A stretch of 64,000 nt of DNA from an uncultured Alphaproteobacteria bacterium. GTDB lineage: Bacteria; Pseudomonadota; Alphaproteobacteria; GCA-2731375. The stretch spans positions 333,111 to 397,110 of the forward strand of contig CATOSZ010000002.1 of assembly GCA_951812805.1 (NCBI GenBank). The letters run 5' to 3'. Numbering within the stretch: position 1 is the stretch's first letter; the number at the start of each line of letters is the position of its first letter. The notes beneath the pieces were generated by a model. That model had not been told where the DNA came from. It worked only from the letters and a program-made list of their open reading frames with translations, and searched no databases. Positions 38,761 through 49,259 of the stretch are shown piece after piece. The translations under genes were made by a program, and so were the position numbers.

Positions 38761-40230
38761 ATGCGTATCAAGGGCAAGCTTCGGCTGGCTGTCGGCACGG
38801 CGGCACTGCTGTTCATCACTTGCGCGGCCTTCACGGCCTGGACCTATCGCGAGCGCGTCGACGCGCGTGCGGTCTATGAGCAGGCGCGCGGGCTGGAGCA
38901 TGCGGTTTTCGAACTGAGTCTGCTGTCGACGGAGTTCATGCTGCATCCGGGTGCGCGCGTCCTCAATCAATGGAACCGACGGCATGCCTCGTTGCAAGAA
39001 GGCTTCCTCGTCGGCGAGGCGCGTCGCCTGCTCGATCCGGTGGTGGCGAGCCAGGTCGAGGATCGGCTGGCGGCAATGCACGGCGCGTTCGAAAAACTAT
39101 CGTCGATCCGTAGCAGCCTGCCCCCACGCGATCGCGCCCGCGCCCAGCGTATCCTGGCGGGACGCCTGTTGAGCGACGCAGAGTACGTCGCCACCCTGGC
39201 GGTCCGCTATGCCGATGGGGAGGAAGCACGGGCCCTGGCGCTGGAGCAGGCGCTGCGGCTCTACCTTTTTGCCACTGTCGCCCTTTTGCTCGGCGCTTAC
39301 GTCATTTCCAGCATCGTGATGTCGCGGGACGTGATCAAACCGTTGTTCGCGCTCGGCCGGGATATCGCCAGGCTCGGCCAAGGGGACTTCCAGACCCCCT
39401 TCGCCGCCACGTCGAGCAACGAAATCGGCGATCTTGTCAGACAGATCGAACGATCACGGGCCGAACTCGAGCAGATGCAGGAGCGCGATCGGCGGATCTC
39501 CGATGCATTGCGTGATCGCGAGGACGAGTTGCGCCGGCATGCCGACGAACTGAGCCGGTCCAACCGGGATCTCGAGGAATTCGCCTATGCCGCATCGCAC
39601 GACCTGAAGGCCCCGTTGAGAGCCATCGGCAACCTGGCCGCCTGGATCGAGGAAGATCTCGGCGAGGCGATGAACGGGGAGAGCCGGGAACATATGCAGC
39701 TGCTGAGGAACCGGGTCGACCGGCTCGAAGGGCTGTTGGGCGCGCTGCTGGATTATTCCCGGGTCGGACGCGCGGACGAGGTCTGCGAAACGGTGGACAC
39801 CGGCGCCTTGCTCGCCGAAGTCGTCGAAATCCTGGACATTCCCGAGACCGCGACGGTGCGTATCGGCGACGATCTACCCACCTTGACGACGGCGAAGGCC
39901 CCGTTGTTCCAGGTTCTCGTCAACCTGATCGCCAATGCGGTCAAGCACCACGACCGGGACGACATGCAGATCGAAGTTTCCGCCCGGGCGTGCGACGGCG
40001 CGGTGGAATTCTCCGTCACCGACGACGGGCCGGGCATCGCCGAGGAGTTTCACGAGCGCATTTTCGGCATGTTCCAGAAACTGCGCAGCCGCGACGAGGT
40101 CGAGGGCAGCGGCATCGGGCTGTCCCTGGTCGCGAAACAGGTCCAGCTGCACGGCGGCACCGTCGAAGTCCTCTCCGGCGCCGACAGCCGTGGTGCCACC
40201 TTCCGCTTCACCTGGAGCGAGGCCGCCTGA
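38761..40230 (+). CDS. Sensor histidine kinase (2 TM, periplasmic domain, HAMP, HisKA, HATPase_c)
   Basis: ...FAYAASHDLKAPLRAI... H-box. ...DDGPGIAEEFHERIFGMFQKL...GSGIGLSLV... G-boxes. It starts 15 nt after the SBP gene, and no response regulator is adjacent. Confidence 0.85.
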   Translation: MRIKGKLRLAVGTAALLFITCAAFTAWTYRERVDARAVYEQARGLEHAVFELSLLSTEFMLHPGARVLNQWNRRHASLQEGFLVGEARRLLDPVVASQVEDRLAAMHGAFEKLSSIRSSLPPRDRARAQRILAGRLLSDAEYVATLAVRYADGEEARALALEQALRLYLFATVALLLGAYVISSIVMSRDVIKPLFALGRDIARLGQGDFQTPFAATSSNEIGDLVRQIERSRAELEQMQERDRRISDALRDREDELRRHADELSRSNRDLEEFAYAASHDLKAPLRAIGNLAAWIEEDLGEAMNGESREHMQLLRNRVDRLEGLLGALLDYSRVGRADEVCETVDTGALLAEVVEILDIPETATVRIGDDLPTLTTAKAPLFQVLVNLIANAVKHHDRDDMQIEVSARACDGAVEFSVTDDGPGIAEEFHERIFGMFQKLRSRDEVEGSGIGLSLVAKQVQLHGGTVEVLSGADSRGATFRFTWSEAA

Positions 40231-40315
40231 CGTTCCGCCCACGCTTTCCTCGCCGCCACCGCCTCTCCTATAGTCGCGCAGGCCGAGGCGGTCGGCGAAG
40301 AAAAGGGAGAGGGAC

Positions 40316-40798
40316 ATGAGCACGCAATCGTTTTCACCCGACGACTACGAACTGGCGGAGAATCGCTGGTTCGAGGATTTCGAGGTCGGCATGCGCTTTC
40401 CGCTGCCCTCGCGGACCATGACGGATGCGCTCTTCGCGGCCTTTCAGTTGGCATCCGGCGACAATCATCCGATCCACTACGATATCGAATACTGTCGGCG
40501 GCGCGGCCATGACGGCCTGTTGGCGCACGGCTTCCAGGTGGTCAGCCAGACCGCGCCGGGGGCGGGCATGTTTCCCCACTACGTCGGCGAATCGATGATC
40601 GGCTTTCTCGAGCAGTCGAGCCGCTTCTTGAAGCCGGTCTATGCGGGCGACACGCTCTATTCCATGCTCGAGGTGGTGGAACTGGTCGAGCAGCGCTCGA
40701 CCGGCGTCTTGAAGATGCAGAGCACGGTTCACAACCAGCGGGGCGAGCTGGTAATGGATGGCGCGCAGAGTTTCCTTATCGCCAAGCGGCCGGCCTGA
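40316..40798 (+). CDS. MaoC-like (R)-specific enoyl-CoA hydratase/dehydratase, hotdog fold
   Basis: 160 aa with ...SGDNHPIHYD... hotdog motif. Confidence 0.8.
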   Translation: MSTQSFSPDDYELAENRWFEDFEVGMRFPLPSRTMTDALFAAFQLASGDNHPIHYDIEYCRRRGHDGLLAHGFQVVSQTAPGAGMFPHYVGESMIGFLEQSSRFLKPVYAGDTLYSMLEVVELVEQRSTGVLKMQSTVHNQRGELVMDGAQSFLIAKRPA

Positions 40799-40874
40799 AA
40801 CGTCGCAACTGGACAAGCGGGCCGCCGGGCGGGATAGTTCGCGCCCCAGGGTGGCACTTCGCGGGAGGTCAGCC

Positions 40875-41267
40875 ATGTATGTGGAAACGACCCGGGATAT
40901 CCGGATCCAGGTGCAGCCGATATACCTCGATGACCAGTCCGAGCCGGAGAACGGCCACTGGGTCTGGGCCTACTGCGTGCGCATCGAGAATCAAGGGGCG
41001 GAGACGGTGCAGCTGTTGAACCGCTACTGGCACATCACCGACGGTCATGGCCGCGTGCAAGAGGTGCGCGGCCCGGGTGTCGTCGGTGAACAGCCCGTAT
41101 TGGCCCCGGGGGAAAGCTTCGAATACACCAGCGGTACACCGCTCTCGTCGCCGTCGGGAATCATGGTGGGCAGCTACGAGATGGTGGGTGGCGACGGCAA
41201 CCGGTTCGACGTCTCGATTCCCGCATTCTCCCTCGATACGCCCGAAAGCGGGCAACGGTTGAACTGA
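40875..41267 (+). CDS. apaG: ApaG (DUF525) protein
   Basis: MYVETTRDIRIQVQPIYLDDQSEPENGHWVWAYCVRIENQG...WHITDGHG... is the ApaG signature. GGGAGG RBS. Confidence 0.85.
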   Translation: MYVETTRDIRIQVQPIYLDDQSEPENGHWVWAYCVRIENQGAETVQLLNRYWHITDGHGRVQEVRGPGVVGEQPVLAPGESFEYTSGTPLSSPSGIMVGSYEMVGGDGNRFDVSIPAFSLDTPESGQRLN

Positions 41268-41301
41268 GCCGGATGCGCCGGAACGGCGGTGGGCTGCGCG
41301 C

Positions 41302-42750
41302 GTGGTAACGCTTCGACCCATATTTCTCGTCAACGGGCTGATGCTGGCGACGCTCGGCCTGACCATGTTGATTCCCGCCTTGCTCGACGCGGTCGTCGGC
41401 AACAAGGACTGGGAAGTGTTTCTCGCCGGCGCCTTTCTCACGGGCTTCGTCGGCGCGGGCCTCGTGCTCTCGAGCCGGGGCGGCCAGCGGGCGATCAACC
41501 AACGCCAGGCCTTCCTGCTGACGACCTCGAGCTGGCTGGTGCTGCCGGCGTTCGGCGCCCTGCCCTTCGCCTTTTCCGCCCTCGATCTCAGCTATGGCGA
41601 CAGCTTCTTCGAGGCGATGAGCGGCCTGACCACGACCGGGTCGACGGTCATCGTCGGCCTCGACCGGGCGCCACCCGGGATTCTGATCTGGCGCGCCATC
41701 CTGCAATGGCTCGGCGGCATCGGTATCGTGGTCACGGCGATCGCTATCCTGCCGATGCTGCGCATTGGCGGCATGCAGCTCTTTCGCATGGAATCGGCGG
41801 ACCAGTCGGAAAAGATCCTGCCCCGCGCGGCACAGATTTCCGGTGTTATCGGTGCCATCTACCTCGGCCTGACTGCGCTCTGCGTGCTCGCCTACTGGCT
41901 TGCCGGCATGAACGGTTTCGAGGCGGTCGCCCACGCCATGACCACCATCGCCACCGGCGGCTTTTCGACCTCGGACGCTTCCTTCGGGCATTTCGACAGT
42001 GCCTGGATCGACTATTCGGCAGCCGTGTTCATGGTCATCGGCAGCTTGCCGTTCCTGCTCTATTTCCAGCTACTGCGCGGGCGGCCGCTGGCATTGTGGC
42101 GCGACAGCCAGGTCCGCGGCTTCCTCGTCCTGTTGTTCGCCGCCCTGGGCATGATCATCGGCTATAGAGTGCTGAGCGGGCAGGGCGCCTTCGACCAGGT
42201 CCTGCGTGAAACGGTGTTCAACGTCACCTCGATCCTGACCGGTACCGGCTATTCCACCGCCGATTACGGCGGCTGGGGCGACTTCGTCGTCGTCGTCTTT
42301 CTCTTCATCATGTTCGTCGGTGGCTGCGCGGGCTCGACATCCTGCGGGATCAAGATTTTCCGCTTCCAGGTGCTGCTGGCGACACTGCGTGTGCAGCTGG
42401 CGCTCCTGCTGCGTCCGCACGGCGTCACCATCGCCCGCTTCAATCGCGAGCCCATTCCCGAGCCGGTGATGCACGCGGTGACCAGTTTTTTCTTCGTGTT
42501 CGCCGCGTCGTTCGCCGTGCTGGCCGTTGCGCTCTCGGCCCAGGGACTCGACACCATGACGGCGATTTCGGGCGCCGCGACGGCGCTGGCCAACGTCGGG
42601 CCCGGCCTCGGCGAGGTGATCGGGCCCGCGGGCAGCTTCGCCGAACTGCCGCAATCGGCGAAATGGACCCTGGCCTTCGGCATGCTGCTCGGCCGGCTCG
42701 AACTTTTCACCGTGCTCGTACTGTTCACGCCGGCGTTCTGGCGCGCCTGA
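41302..42750 (+). CDS. trkH: TrkH-family potassium uptake protein
   Basis: 482-aa polytopic protein with ...TTTGSTV... and ...LTGTGYSTADY... selectivity-filter-like motifs. Confidence 0.85.
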   Translation: MVTLRPIFLVNGLMLATLGLTMLIPALLDAVVGNKDWEVFLAGAFLTGFVGAGLVLSSRGGQRAINQRQAFLLTTSSWLVLPAFGALPFAFSALDLSYGDSFFEAMSGLTTTGSTVIVGLDRAPPGILIWRAILQWLGGIGIVVTAIAILPMLRIGGMQLFRMESADQSEKILPRAAQISGVIGAIYLGLTALCVLAYWLAGMNGFEAVAHAMTTIATGGFSTSDASFGHFDSAWIDYSAAVFMVIGSLPFLLYFQLLRGRPLALWRDSQVRGFLVLLFAALGMIIGYRVLSGQGAFDQVLRETVFNVTSILTGTGYSTADYGGWGDFVVVVFLFIMFVGGCAGSTSCGIKIFRFQVLLATLRVQLALLLRPHGVTIARFNREPIPEPVMHAVTSFFFVFAASFAVLAVALSAQGLDTMTAISGAATALANVGPGLGEVIGPAGSFAELPQSAKWTLAFGMLLGRLELFTVLVLFTPAFWRA

Positions 42751-42940
42751 CGCCTTGCGCCGTCATATCGATCGGTTCGGGCGGTCGAAATCTGCCGCAA
42801 TCGACGGCTTTCGGGCATGGCAAAATTACCACCAATACCCAAGAGCGTTGCGGGAACGCCACGATTCGAGGAATGATAAGTAATCATCACCCCTGTTTAC
42901 TGGAAAATCCGGTCCTTCGAGTGTTAGGATCGGCGCGAAT

Positions 42941-43747
42941 ATGGCTTTTCAAAGGTGTGTCATGCGACGTCTTCTTGCGCTTGCCCTGACGATGATGGTC
43001 ACGACGCCGGCGTTGGCGAACTACAACGCCGGCCTCAAGGCGGTGGAACGGGGCGACTACGGTGCCGCCTACTCGGCCTTCAAGCCGCTCGCCGATCAAG
43101 GCGATGTCCGGGCGATTTCCAACATCGCGGTCATGCATGCCCAAGGGCATGGGATCGAGCAGAGTTTTCCAAAGGCCGCACGCTTGTTCCGCCAGGCGGC
43201 GGAAAAGGGTTATGCGCCGGCACAGCACAACCTGGCCTTCATGTTTGCGCAGGGTCACGGCGTGCTGCAGGATTACGCCGCCGCCGTGAAATGGTACGAG
43301 GCGTCCGCCAGGCAGGGTTACGCCGCCGCCTACAACCTCGGCTTTCTCTATGCCCACGGCAACGGCGTACAGCAGAATTACGGTGCCGCCGTCAGCTGGT
43401 TCCGGCGCGCCGCGGACAAGGGCTACGGTATCGCGCAGTATAATCTCGGCCGCCTGTTCCTGGACGGTCGCGGTGTACGCTCGGACGTCAAGGCGGCGGC
43501 CCAATGGTTCCGCCGTGCCGCCGATCAGGGCGACAGTGACGCCCAGTTCGAACTCGGCCGCCTGCACGCCGCCGGCGATGGTGTCGAAAAGAGCTCGGTG
43601 GACGCCTATGTCTGGACTGCACTGGCCGCCAACCAGGGCCATGCCGACGCCCGCGCCGCGCATGATACGATGGCCAAGGGGTTGAGCAAGGACGAACGGG
43701 TCGAGGCCGACAAGCGGATCGACGGTTGGAGCGCCACGGCCGAGTGA
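42941..43747 (+). CDS. Secreted Sel1-repeat (TPR-like) protein, ~7 repeats
   Basis: Signal peptide followed by reiterated ...A..W.R.AA.QG...AQ.NLG.... units. Confidence 0.8.
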   Translation: MAFQRCVMRRLLALALTMMVTTPALANYNAGLKAVERGDYGAAYSAFKPLADQGDVRAISNIAVMHAQGHGIEQSFPKAARLFRQAAEKGYAPAQHNLAFMFAQGHGVLQDYAAAVKWYEASARQGYAAAYNLGFLYAHGNGVQQNYGAAVSWFRRAADKGYGIAQYNLGRLFLDGRGVRSDVKAAAQWFRRAADQGDSDAQFELGRLHAAGDGVEKSSVDAYVWTALAANQGHADARAAHDTMAKGLSKDERVEADKRIDGWSATAE

Positions 43748-43831
43748 CGCGTCGCAACACGCGTGTCGGCTCTGTTATTTTCCTGGCCGGGCGGGTAGAA
43801 TGCCCTGAGATGTGAGGGGGAATGGACGGGC

Positions 43832-44107
43832 ATGAGCACGAAGGCCAAGCGACGGCACGATCCCAACGACCTGCCGATCTGGGCAAGCCTGATCGGCATT
43901 TTGCCGGCCCTGATCGTCAAGCACCTCGGCTTTTCTTTCGGCGAGAGCTTTCTGGTCTATCTCGCCGTCACATCGTGCGCCATCGGGATCTGGGTCGTCG
44001 ACCGCATCCTGCACGAACTCAGAGCCCTGCGTGGTGAGCTGAGCGACTTCATCGAGCGGGAACACGACCGCTCGTACGAGGAACGCGTGGGCAAATCCTC
44101 GGACTGA
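43832..44107 (+). CDS. Small hypothetical membrane protein (91 aa, 2 TM)
   Basis: The ORF has hydrophobic segments and a short basic N-terminus. No homology call is possible by eye. Confidence 0.3.
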   Translation: MSTKAKRRHDPNDLPIWASLIGILPALIVKHLGFSFGESFLVYLAVTSCAIGIWVVDRILHELRALRGELSDFIEREHDRSYEERVGKSSD

Positions 44108-44126
44108 GAACCTTCACGGATCTTCG

Positions 44127-45377
44127 CTAGAGAAACGCCTCCAGGTGCCAGGCCAGATCTTCGGGCGGCACCGGATAGTCGGTACCGTTGCGCGCCATCA
44201 GCACCTGAGGCGGGGGGATGCGGGCCGGGCCGGTCTGCAGCTGGATCGCCGAACGCATCGAGAAACCCGCTCGCCAGGCGAGCGCCGTGACCGCCTTGGC
44301 GCTTCCCGAACGCATCACCTTGTCGATCGTCGTCGTCTCGAGTGCGGTCTTGCGCGCCAACACCTCGACGACGAAATCGCGTCGGCCGCCGTCGATCGCC
44401 GCCTGCAGCGCCTCGTCGTCGACCAGGCCGGCGTCCGTCACCTCGTGGGTCCGCGCCGCCTCGGCATCACCCTCGGGGCCGCTCGACTCGCGCAGCCGCT
44501 GGCGCACCTTTTGGTCGAGGTCCTTGCGCGTCGCATCGTCCAGGTCGTTGCGCCGGGCGAGAATTTCGAGCAGCGAGGCGGCAACGAAGCCGGAGACGCG
44601 GCGCACCGCCCGGATCGACAGTTCCGGCCGCGCCACCAGACCCGGATGCCAGGTATCGACGTCGGCCGCGTTGTCGACCAGGGCATCCAGGGTGTCCTCG
44701 CGGATCTGTGCGCTTTCGTTGGCCAGCAAGGTGGCGACGGCGGCGACGTCGAGCGTCGCGGCGATGACGTCCGAAACCTCGGCCGCGAGCGAATCGCGCC
44801 GGGCGACGGCGTCCAGCGCGTCAGAGGCCATGCCGGCGGCCACCAGCTCGCGCAGATCGTCGTCGCCGAGCAGAGGCGAGTATTCCAGCACCGGCGCGGC
44901 GACGATGGATTCCGTATCCGCGGCGAGGCGGCGGATCAGCTCACGCGGCACACCGCGCGCCGACTTGACCTCCTCCGCGACGATCGCGCGCACGCGCGGC
45001 AGCTGGTCGCGAGCCAGCGTCTCGAGGGTTTCCAGGGCGAGGGCGCCGATCCGCTCCCGCTCCTCCGCATTCATGTCGGGCACCAGACGGGCGATCTTGT
45101 GCGCGAGCTGGGCGCGGACTTCCACGTCCACGTCGTCCGCCAAGAGGCGGTCCGCCTGTACCGGCGTCGCGCGATTGGTGGCGATGTCACGGCGGATCTC
45201 CGCATCGCCCTGTCCGGCGAGGTAGTACAACATCTCCGGGCGGGTATCGGTGGCGCGGGCCAACTTGCGCCGGCCGCCCGGATCACCGGCAGTGACCAAC
45301 GCGCGCTGCGCTTCATAGGAAAGACCGTGGCGTCCATGATCGCGGTCACGGCCACGACGGAACAAGCTCATCAACAT
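44127..45377 (-). CDS. DUF2336-domain protein
   Basis: Helical Ala/Asp-rich body typical of alphaproteobacterial DUF2336 proteins. The start was set at the internal MLMSLF..., 1 nt from the stop of the downstream GGDEF gene. Confidence 0.5.
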   Translation of the reverse strand: MLMSLFRRGRDRDHGRHGLSYEAQRALVTAGDPGGRRKLARATDTRPEMLYYLAGQGDAEIRRDIATNRATPVQADRLLADDVDVEVRAQLAHKIARLVPDMNAEERERIGALALETLETLARDQLPRVRAIVAEEVKSARGVPRELIRRLAADTESIVAAPVLEYSPLLGDDDLRELVAAGMASDALDAVARRDSLAAEVSDVIAATLDVAAVATLLANESAQIREDTLDALVDNAADVDTWHPGLVARPELSIRAVRRVSGFVAASLLEILARRNDLDDATRKDLDQKVRQRLRESSGPEGDAEAARTHEVTDAGLVDDEALQAAIDGGRRDFVVEVLARKTALETTTIDKVMRSGSAKAVTALAWRAGFSMRSAIQLQTGPARIPPPQVLMARNGTDYPVPPEDLAWHLEAFL

Positions 45378-45378
45378 G

Positions 45379-47019
45379 TCATGCGACCTCCCTCGCAGGC
45401 TCGTCCGAACGGGCGAGCGCAATGCGATTCTTGCCGCCGTGCTTGGCGGCATACATGGCCGCATCGGCACGGCCGATCATCATCTCGATTCCCCTCTCGC
45501 CGTCGACCGCCTCCTCGATCACGGCCAGGCCGATCGACAGGGACAACGGCCGCGCGTCGTCGGCCGAGAAATGGCGCAGCTCGCCGGCCATGGCCAGCAG
45601 CCCCCGGGCCTTGGCCAGACCGCCGGCCTCACCGGCACCGTCGAGCCAGAGGACGAACTCGTCACCGCCGAGCCGGGCTACCAGGTCGCCGCCGCGTACC
45701 AGGACTTCCAGGCGGCGGGCGAGCGCCATCAGCGCCTCGTCGCCCCGGGCATGGCCATGGGTGTCATTCACCGGCTTGAAGTTGTCGAGATCGAGGTAGA
45801 CCAGCACGCCGCTCGCCATGCCGCCGGTGCGAAACCGGGCCGCCAGCGCCCGCAGCATCCCCCGGCGATTGAGCAGGCCCGTCAATTCGTCGGTCGTCGA
45901 GAGGGCGTTCAATTTCTCATGGACGCCGGCCTGGGCCATGGCGACCGCGAGCTGGGCGGCGACGCCGTCGAGAAAGTCGGTCTCCTCCGCGCTCCACGGT
46001 CCGCGCGCGGCGGCACGGCGCACGACGAGACGGCCGAGGCTTTCACCCCGAAACGCGCAAGCTGCGGCCAGAACGCCGGCACCGTCCTCCACCGGTGGCG
46101 GACCTCTCTCGCCGTGGCGGGCCACCACCTGGCCGGTTCCGCGCACGACCCAGCAGGCCTCCGCGCCGAGCGCGCCCGCGGTCGAGCCGGCCGCCGCCTG
46201 GAACATCGCCTCGGGTGTCACCTCGTTGCGAATGGCATCGATCACCGAGCGCATCAGGCTTTCGCGCTGTTCGGCGCGGTGCAGTGCGGCCTGCTGATCG
46301 TGTTCCCGCGTCACGTCCCGGCAGACACCCCGGGCGCCGCGCCAGGCGCCCTCGCCGTCGGTCACCGGCAGACAGGAGATCTCGACGATCGCCACCGCGC
46401 CGTCGACCCCGCCGAGACGGACCTCGACCCCGCTGCGTGGCCAATGGCAGGCGAACGGGCTCTCCCCGTCACCGAGGACCGCCTCGCCGGTCAGTAGGGT
46501 GAAGGGGCGATCGACCAAATCCTCCGCCGCATGGCCCAACGCCCCGCTCGGCGAGATGAAGATGAAGCGCCCGTCGGCATCGGTCTCCCAGGCGAAGTCG
46601 GCGGAACAGGACACCAGATCGCGGTAGCGGGCCCGGCTGTCCGCCAAAGCACGAGCCAGGTTGTGTTCCAATGTCGCTTCGCGCCCGAGGATCAGCACAC
46701 CGTCTTCCGCCTCGCCCGCCAACGGCAGCAGCGTCAGGTCGAAGACCCGACGCTCGCCGCCGAACGCCGTCTCGATCCGCGTGGTCCAGGGCACATGGGC
46801 AATCAGCGTCCGGATCACCTGGTCGCGCAACCTCTCCGCGACGGCCGCCAGCAACAATCGTCCACCGGCGTTGGCCGCGCGGACGCCACCGTCGGCGGCG
46901 ATCAGCAGGGCCGGGCCGGCAAAGCGCGCGACCATCTGATCGGGCGAGAGCCAGGCCCGCCCGGTCGCCTCCGGCGCCTCCGGTGCCGCCTCCGTCCAGT
47001 CCCGCTCCACTCGCACCAC
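45379..47019 (-). CDS. Diguanylate cyclase (PAS-GAF-GGDEF)
   Basis: ...TGLLNRRGM...YLDLDNFKPVNDTHGHARGDEAL...RLGGDEFVLWL... is the GGDEF active site. N-terminal PAS/GAF-like regions. Confidence 0.85.
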   Translation of the reverse strand: MVRVERDWTEAAPEAPEATGRAWLSPDQMVARFAGPALLIAADGGVRAANAGGRLLLAAVAERLRDQVIRTLIAHVPWTTRIETAFGGERRVFDLTLLPLAGEAEDGVLILGREATLEHNLARALADSRARYRDLVSCSADFAWETDADGRFIFISPSGALGHAAEDLVDRPFTLLTGEAVLGDGESPFACHWPRSGVEVRLGGVDGAVAIVEISCLPVTDGEGAWRGARGVCRDVTREHDQQAALHRAEQRESLMRSVIDAIRNEVTPEAMFQAAAGSTAGALGAEACWVVRGTGQVVARHGERGPPPVEDGAGVLAAACAFRGESLGRLVVRRAAARGPWSAEETDFLDGVAAQLAVAMAQAGVHEKLNALSTTDELTGLLNRRGMLRALAARFRTGGMASGVLVYLDLDNFKPVNDTHGHARGDEALMALARRLEVLVRGGDLVARLGGDEFVLWLDGAGEAGGLAKARGLLAMAGELRHFSADDARPLSLSIGLAVIEEAVDGERGIEMMIGRADAAMYAAKHGGKNRIALARSDEPAREVA

Positions 47020-47107
47020 GGTGCCGCCTCGCTTCCACCCTCGAAGAGTCTCACCATGCTACGCAACGGGGGTTTAACGCGGTGTTAAGCGATCCGGATT
47101 CCGGTGC

Positions 47108-47719
47108 TCACGGCTCGCGGTAGAAGCGGTGGCGGCCGATCGTGCGGGTCGGATCGAGGACCTTGGACCAGGCGGGCGAGACGTAAAGCGCATGATAGTG
47201 CGTCGCGCCCTGGGTCAGGTCGCGGTGGCCGCCGGCGACCAGGGTACGGGCGAGGCGGACGGCACTTTCCCAGGCCGCCCGATCGCGCGGCCGGTCGGAG
47301 CGGCCGTCACAGGCGAAGGAGAACTGGCAGCGGTGGCGGCGATGGGCATTCTGGAAGACGACGGCGCAGATCTCGTCCGGATAGCGCGCGTCCCGCGTCC
47401 GGTTCATCACCACCTGGGCGACCGCCATGCGACCTTCCAGCGGCTCGCCCCGCGCCTCGAAGTAGATCGCCTGGGCCAGGCAGCGCTCCCCCGCATCGAG
47501 GGCGGCGAAGGCGGCGGCGTCGACGGGGGCCTCGGCCTCCTCGTACCAGCGGTCCGCCATCAGTAGCCAGACATAGCCCGTAACCACCACGGCAAGCGCC
47601 GCGCCGGCGACCGTCCAGGCGAGTTCTCGCCGCCGCCGATGGAAGAGGCGGGCGATACGACGCCAAGGCAAGGCGCGCCACACTCGGCGGATACGAGGCC
47701 ACATCGCGCCACTCTGCAT
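47108..47719 (-). CDS. sleB: SleB-family cell-wall hydrolase
   Basis: ...CLAQAIYFEARGEPLEGRMAVAQVVMNRTRDARYPDEICAVVFQ... is the Hydrolase_2/SleB signature. The upstream 180 codons of the ORF are Arg-rich read-through, so the start is approximate (47704 or 47719). Confidence 0.7.
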   Translation of the reverse strand: MQSGAMWPRIRRVWRALPWRRIARLFHRRRRELAWTVAGAALAVVVTGYVWLLMADRWYEEAEAPVDAAAFAALDAGERCLAQAIYFEARGEPLEGRMAVAQVVMNRTRDARYPDEICAVVFQNAHRRHRCQFSFACDGRSDRPRDRAAWESAVRLARTLVAGGHRDLTQGATHYHALYVSPAWSKVLDPTRTIGRHRFYREP

Positions 47720-47762
47720 CCCGAATGCGGCGAAATCCGGGCCGTGCGGCCGGCAGCCTATA

Positions 47763-48497
47763 ATGGCGGCGGCGAATCGACGGGGACGCGGAATGGCGCA
47801 GGGAGAGCGGATACGACTATCGCCGCCCAATGACGATCTGGAGCTGGTGCTGCGCGTCAATCCCCGCGCGCGACGGGTGCTGCTGAAGATCGACGCCATG
47901 GCGGGCGAAGCGGTCCTGGTCTGCCCGAACCGCACCAGCCGAAAGCGCGCCATCGCCTTCGCCGGCGACAACGCCACCTGGGTGCGCCGGCGCCTTGCCG
48001 CCGCGCCCGAGGCCGTCCCTTTCGCCGATGGGGTGGCGTTGCCACTACTCGGCCGCGCGACGACGATACGCCACGATCCGGCCGGCCGGCGCGGCGTGAT
48101 CCGCGACGGCGACGAGATCCGGGTGAGCGGCGAGGCGGCGCATCTGCCGCGCCGGCTGGCCGACTGGCTGCGCGGCGAAGCCCGCCGGGAATTCGCCGAT
48201 CGGGCCGGGGCGATGGCGGCCCGCCTGGGCGTCGCCCCTTCCCGCATCACCGTACGCGATCCCCGCAGTCGCTGGGGCAGCTGCGCGCCAAGCGGGGCGT
48301 TGTCGTTCTCCTGGCGGCTGGTCCTGGCGCCGGACTTCGTGCTCGACTACGTCGTGGCGCACGAGGTGGCACATCTGGTCGAGGCCAATCACGGCCCGGA
48401 CTTCTGGGCCCTGGTCGCGGAATTACACAGTGACGTTCCGGGCGCCCGTGCCTGGCTGAAGGCGAACGGCGCCGCGCTGCATCGCTACGGCCAGTGA
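47763..48497 (+). CDS. YgjP-like M48/DUF45 zinc metallopeptidase (HExxH)
   Basis: ...VVAHEVAHLVEANHGPDFWALV... The true start may be the internal MAQGERIRL. Confidence 0.75.
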   Translation: MAAANRRGRGMAQGERIRLSPPNDDLELVLRVNPRARRVLLKIDAMAGEAVLVCPNRTSRKRAIAFAGDNATWVRRRLAAAPEAVPFADGVALPLLGRATTIRHDPAGRRGVIRDGDEIRVSGEAAHLPRRLADWLRGEARREFADRAGAMAARLGVAPSRITVRDPRSRWGSCAPSGALSFSWRLVLAPDFVLDYVVAHEVAHLVEANHGPDFWALVAELHSDVPGARAWLKANGAALHRYGQ

Positions 48498-48500
48498 CGC

Positions 48501-49076
48501 TCAGGCGTGGCCCGCGTCCAGGGAGAGGAAGGAGGGGTCGATGCCCATCTTCTTGATCGAACGGGCCCATTTCCCTTCCAGGTCATCGTCGAACACCAAC
48601 TCGACGTCGGAATCGACGTGCAGCCAACCGTTCGCCTGGATCTCGGTGTCGAGCTGGCCGGGCGCCCAACCGGCATAGCCGAGCGCCAGCATGCTCTCCC
48701 GCGGCCCCTCGCCCGAGGTGATGGATTTCAGGATATCGGCCGTCGCGGTCAGGCCGAAGGCATCGTCCACCATCAAGGTCGATTCCTGGGAGTAGTCGGT
48801 GGTGTGCAGGACGAAGCCGCGCCCGGTTTCCACCGGTCCGCCGTTGTGCACGTTGATCTCGCGGCGCAGTTCCGGCACCTCGATCTGCAACTGCTGCAGC
48901 AGTTCGCGGAAATTCACCTGGTCGGCGATCTGGTTGACGATCAGCCCCATCGCGCCCTGCTCGGAATGGGCGCACATGTAGATGACGCTGCGCTGGAAAC
49001 GCTCGTCCCCCATCGACGGCATGGCGATCAGAAGCTGGCCGTCGAGATAGCCTGATGTGGTCTGGTAACTGCTCAT
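48501..49076 (-). CDS. yqgE: YqgE/AlgH family protein (UPF0301)
   Basis: [48 protein letters not shown]... is the canonical YqgE. Confidence 0.85.
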   Translation of the reverse strand: MSSYQTTSGYLDGQLLIAMPSMGDERFQRSVIYMCAHSEQGAMGLIVNQIADQVNFRELLQQLQIEVPELRREINVHNGGPVETGRGFVLHTTDYSQESTLMVDDAFGLTATADILKSITSGEGPRESMLALGYAGWAPGQLDTEIQANGWLHVDSDVELVFDDDLEGKWARSIKKMGIDPSFLSLDAGHA

Positions 49077-49259
49077 ATCGCCTCGCGATGCTTGCCGGGG
49101 ACGAGTCTACACCAAGGATAGGGCCCTGTTTCCGTTATTTTGTCGTGAACACACAAAATCAAGCCGTACCGCCTCACGACAAGTTTAGGCCCCGGTCCGC
49201 TTCTATCCGCTATAGCCTCCCCATATGATCGAGGGGAGCATCGGCGGTGGAGATGATGG

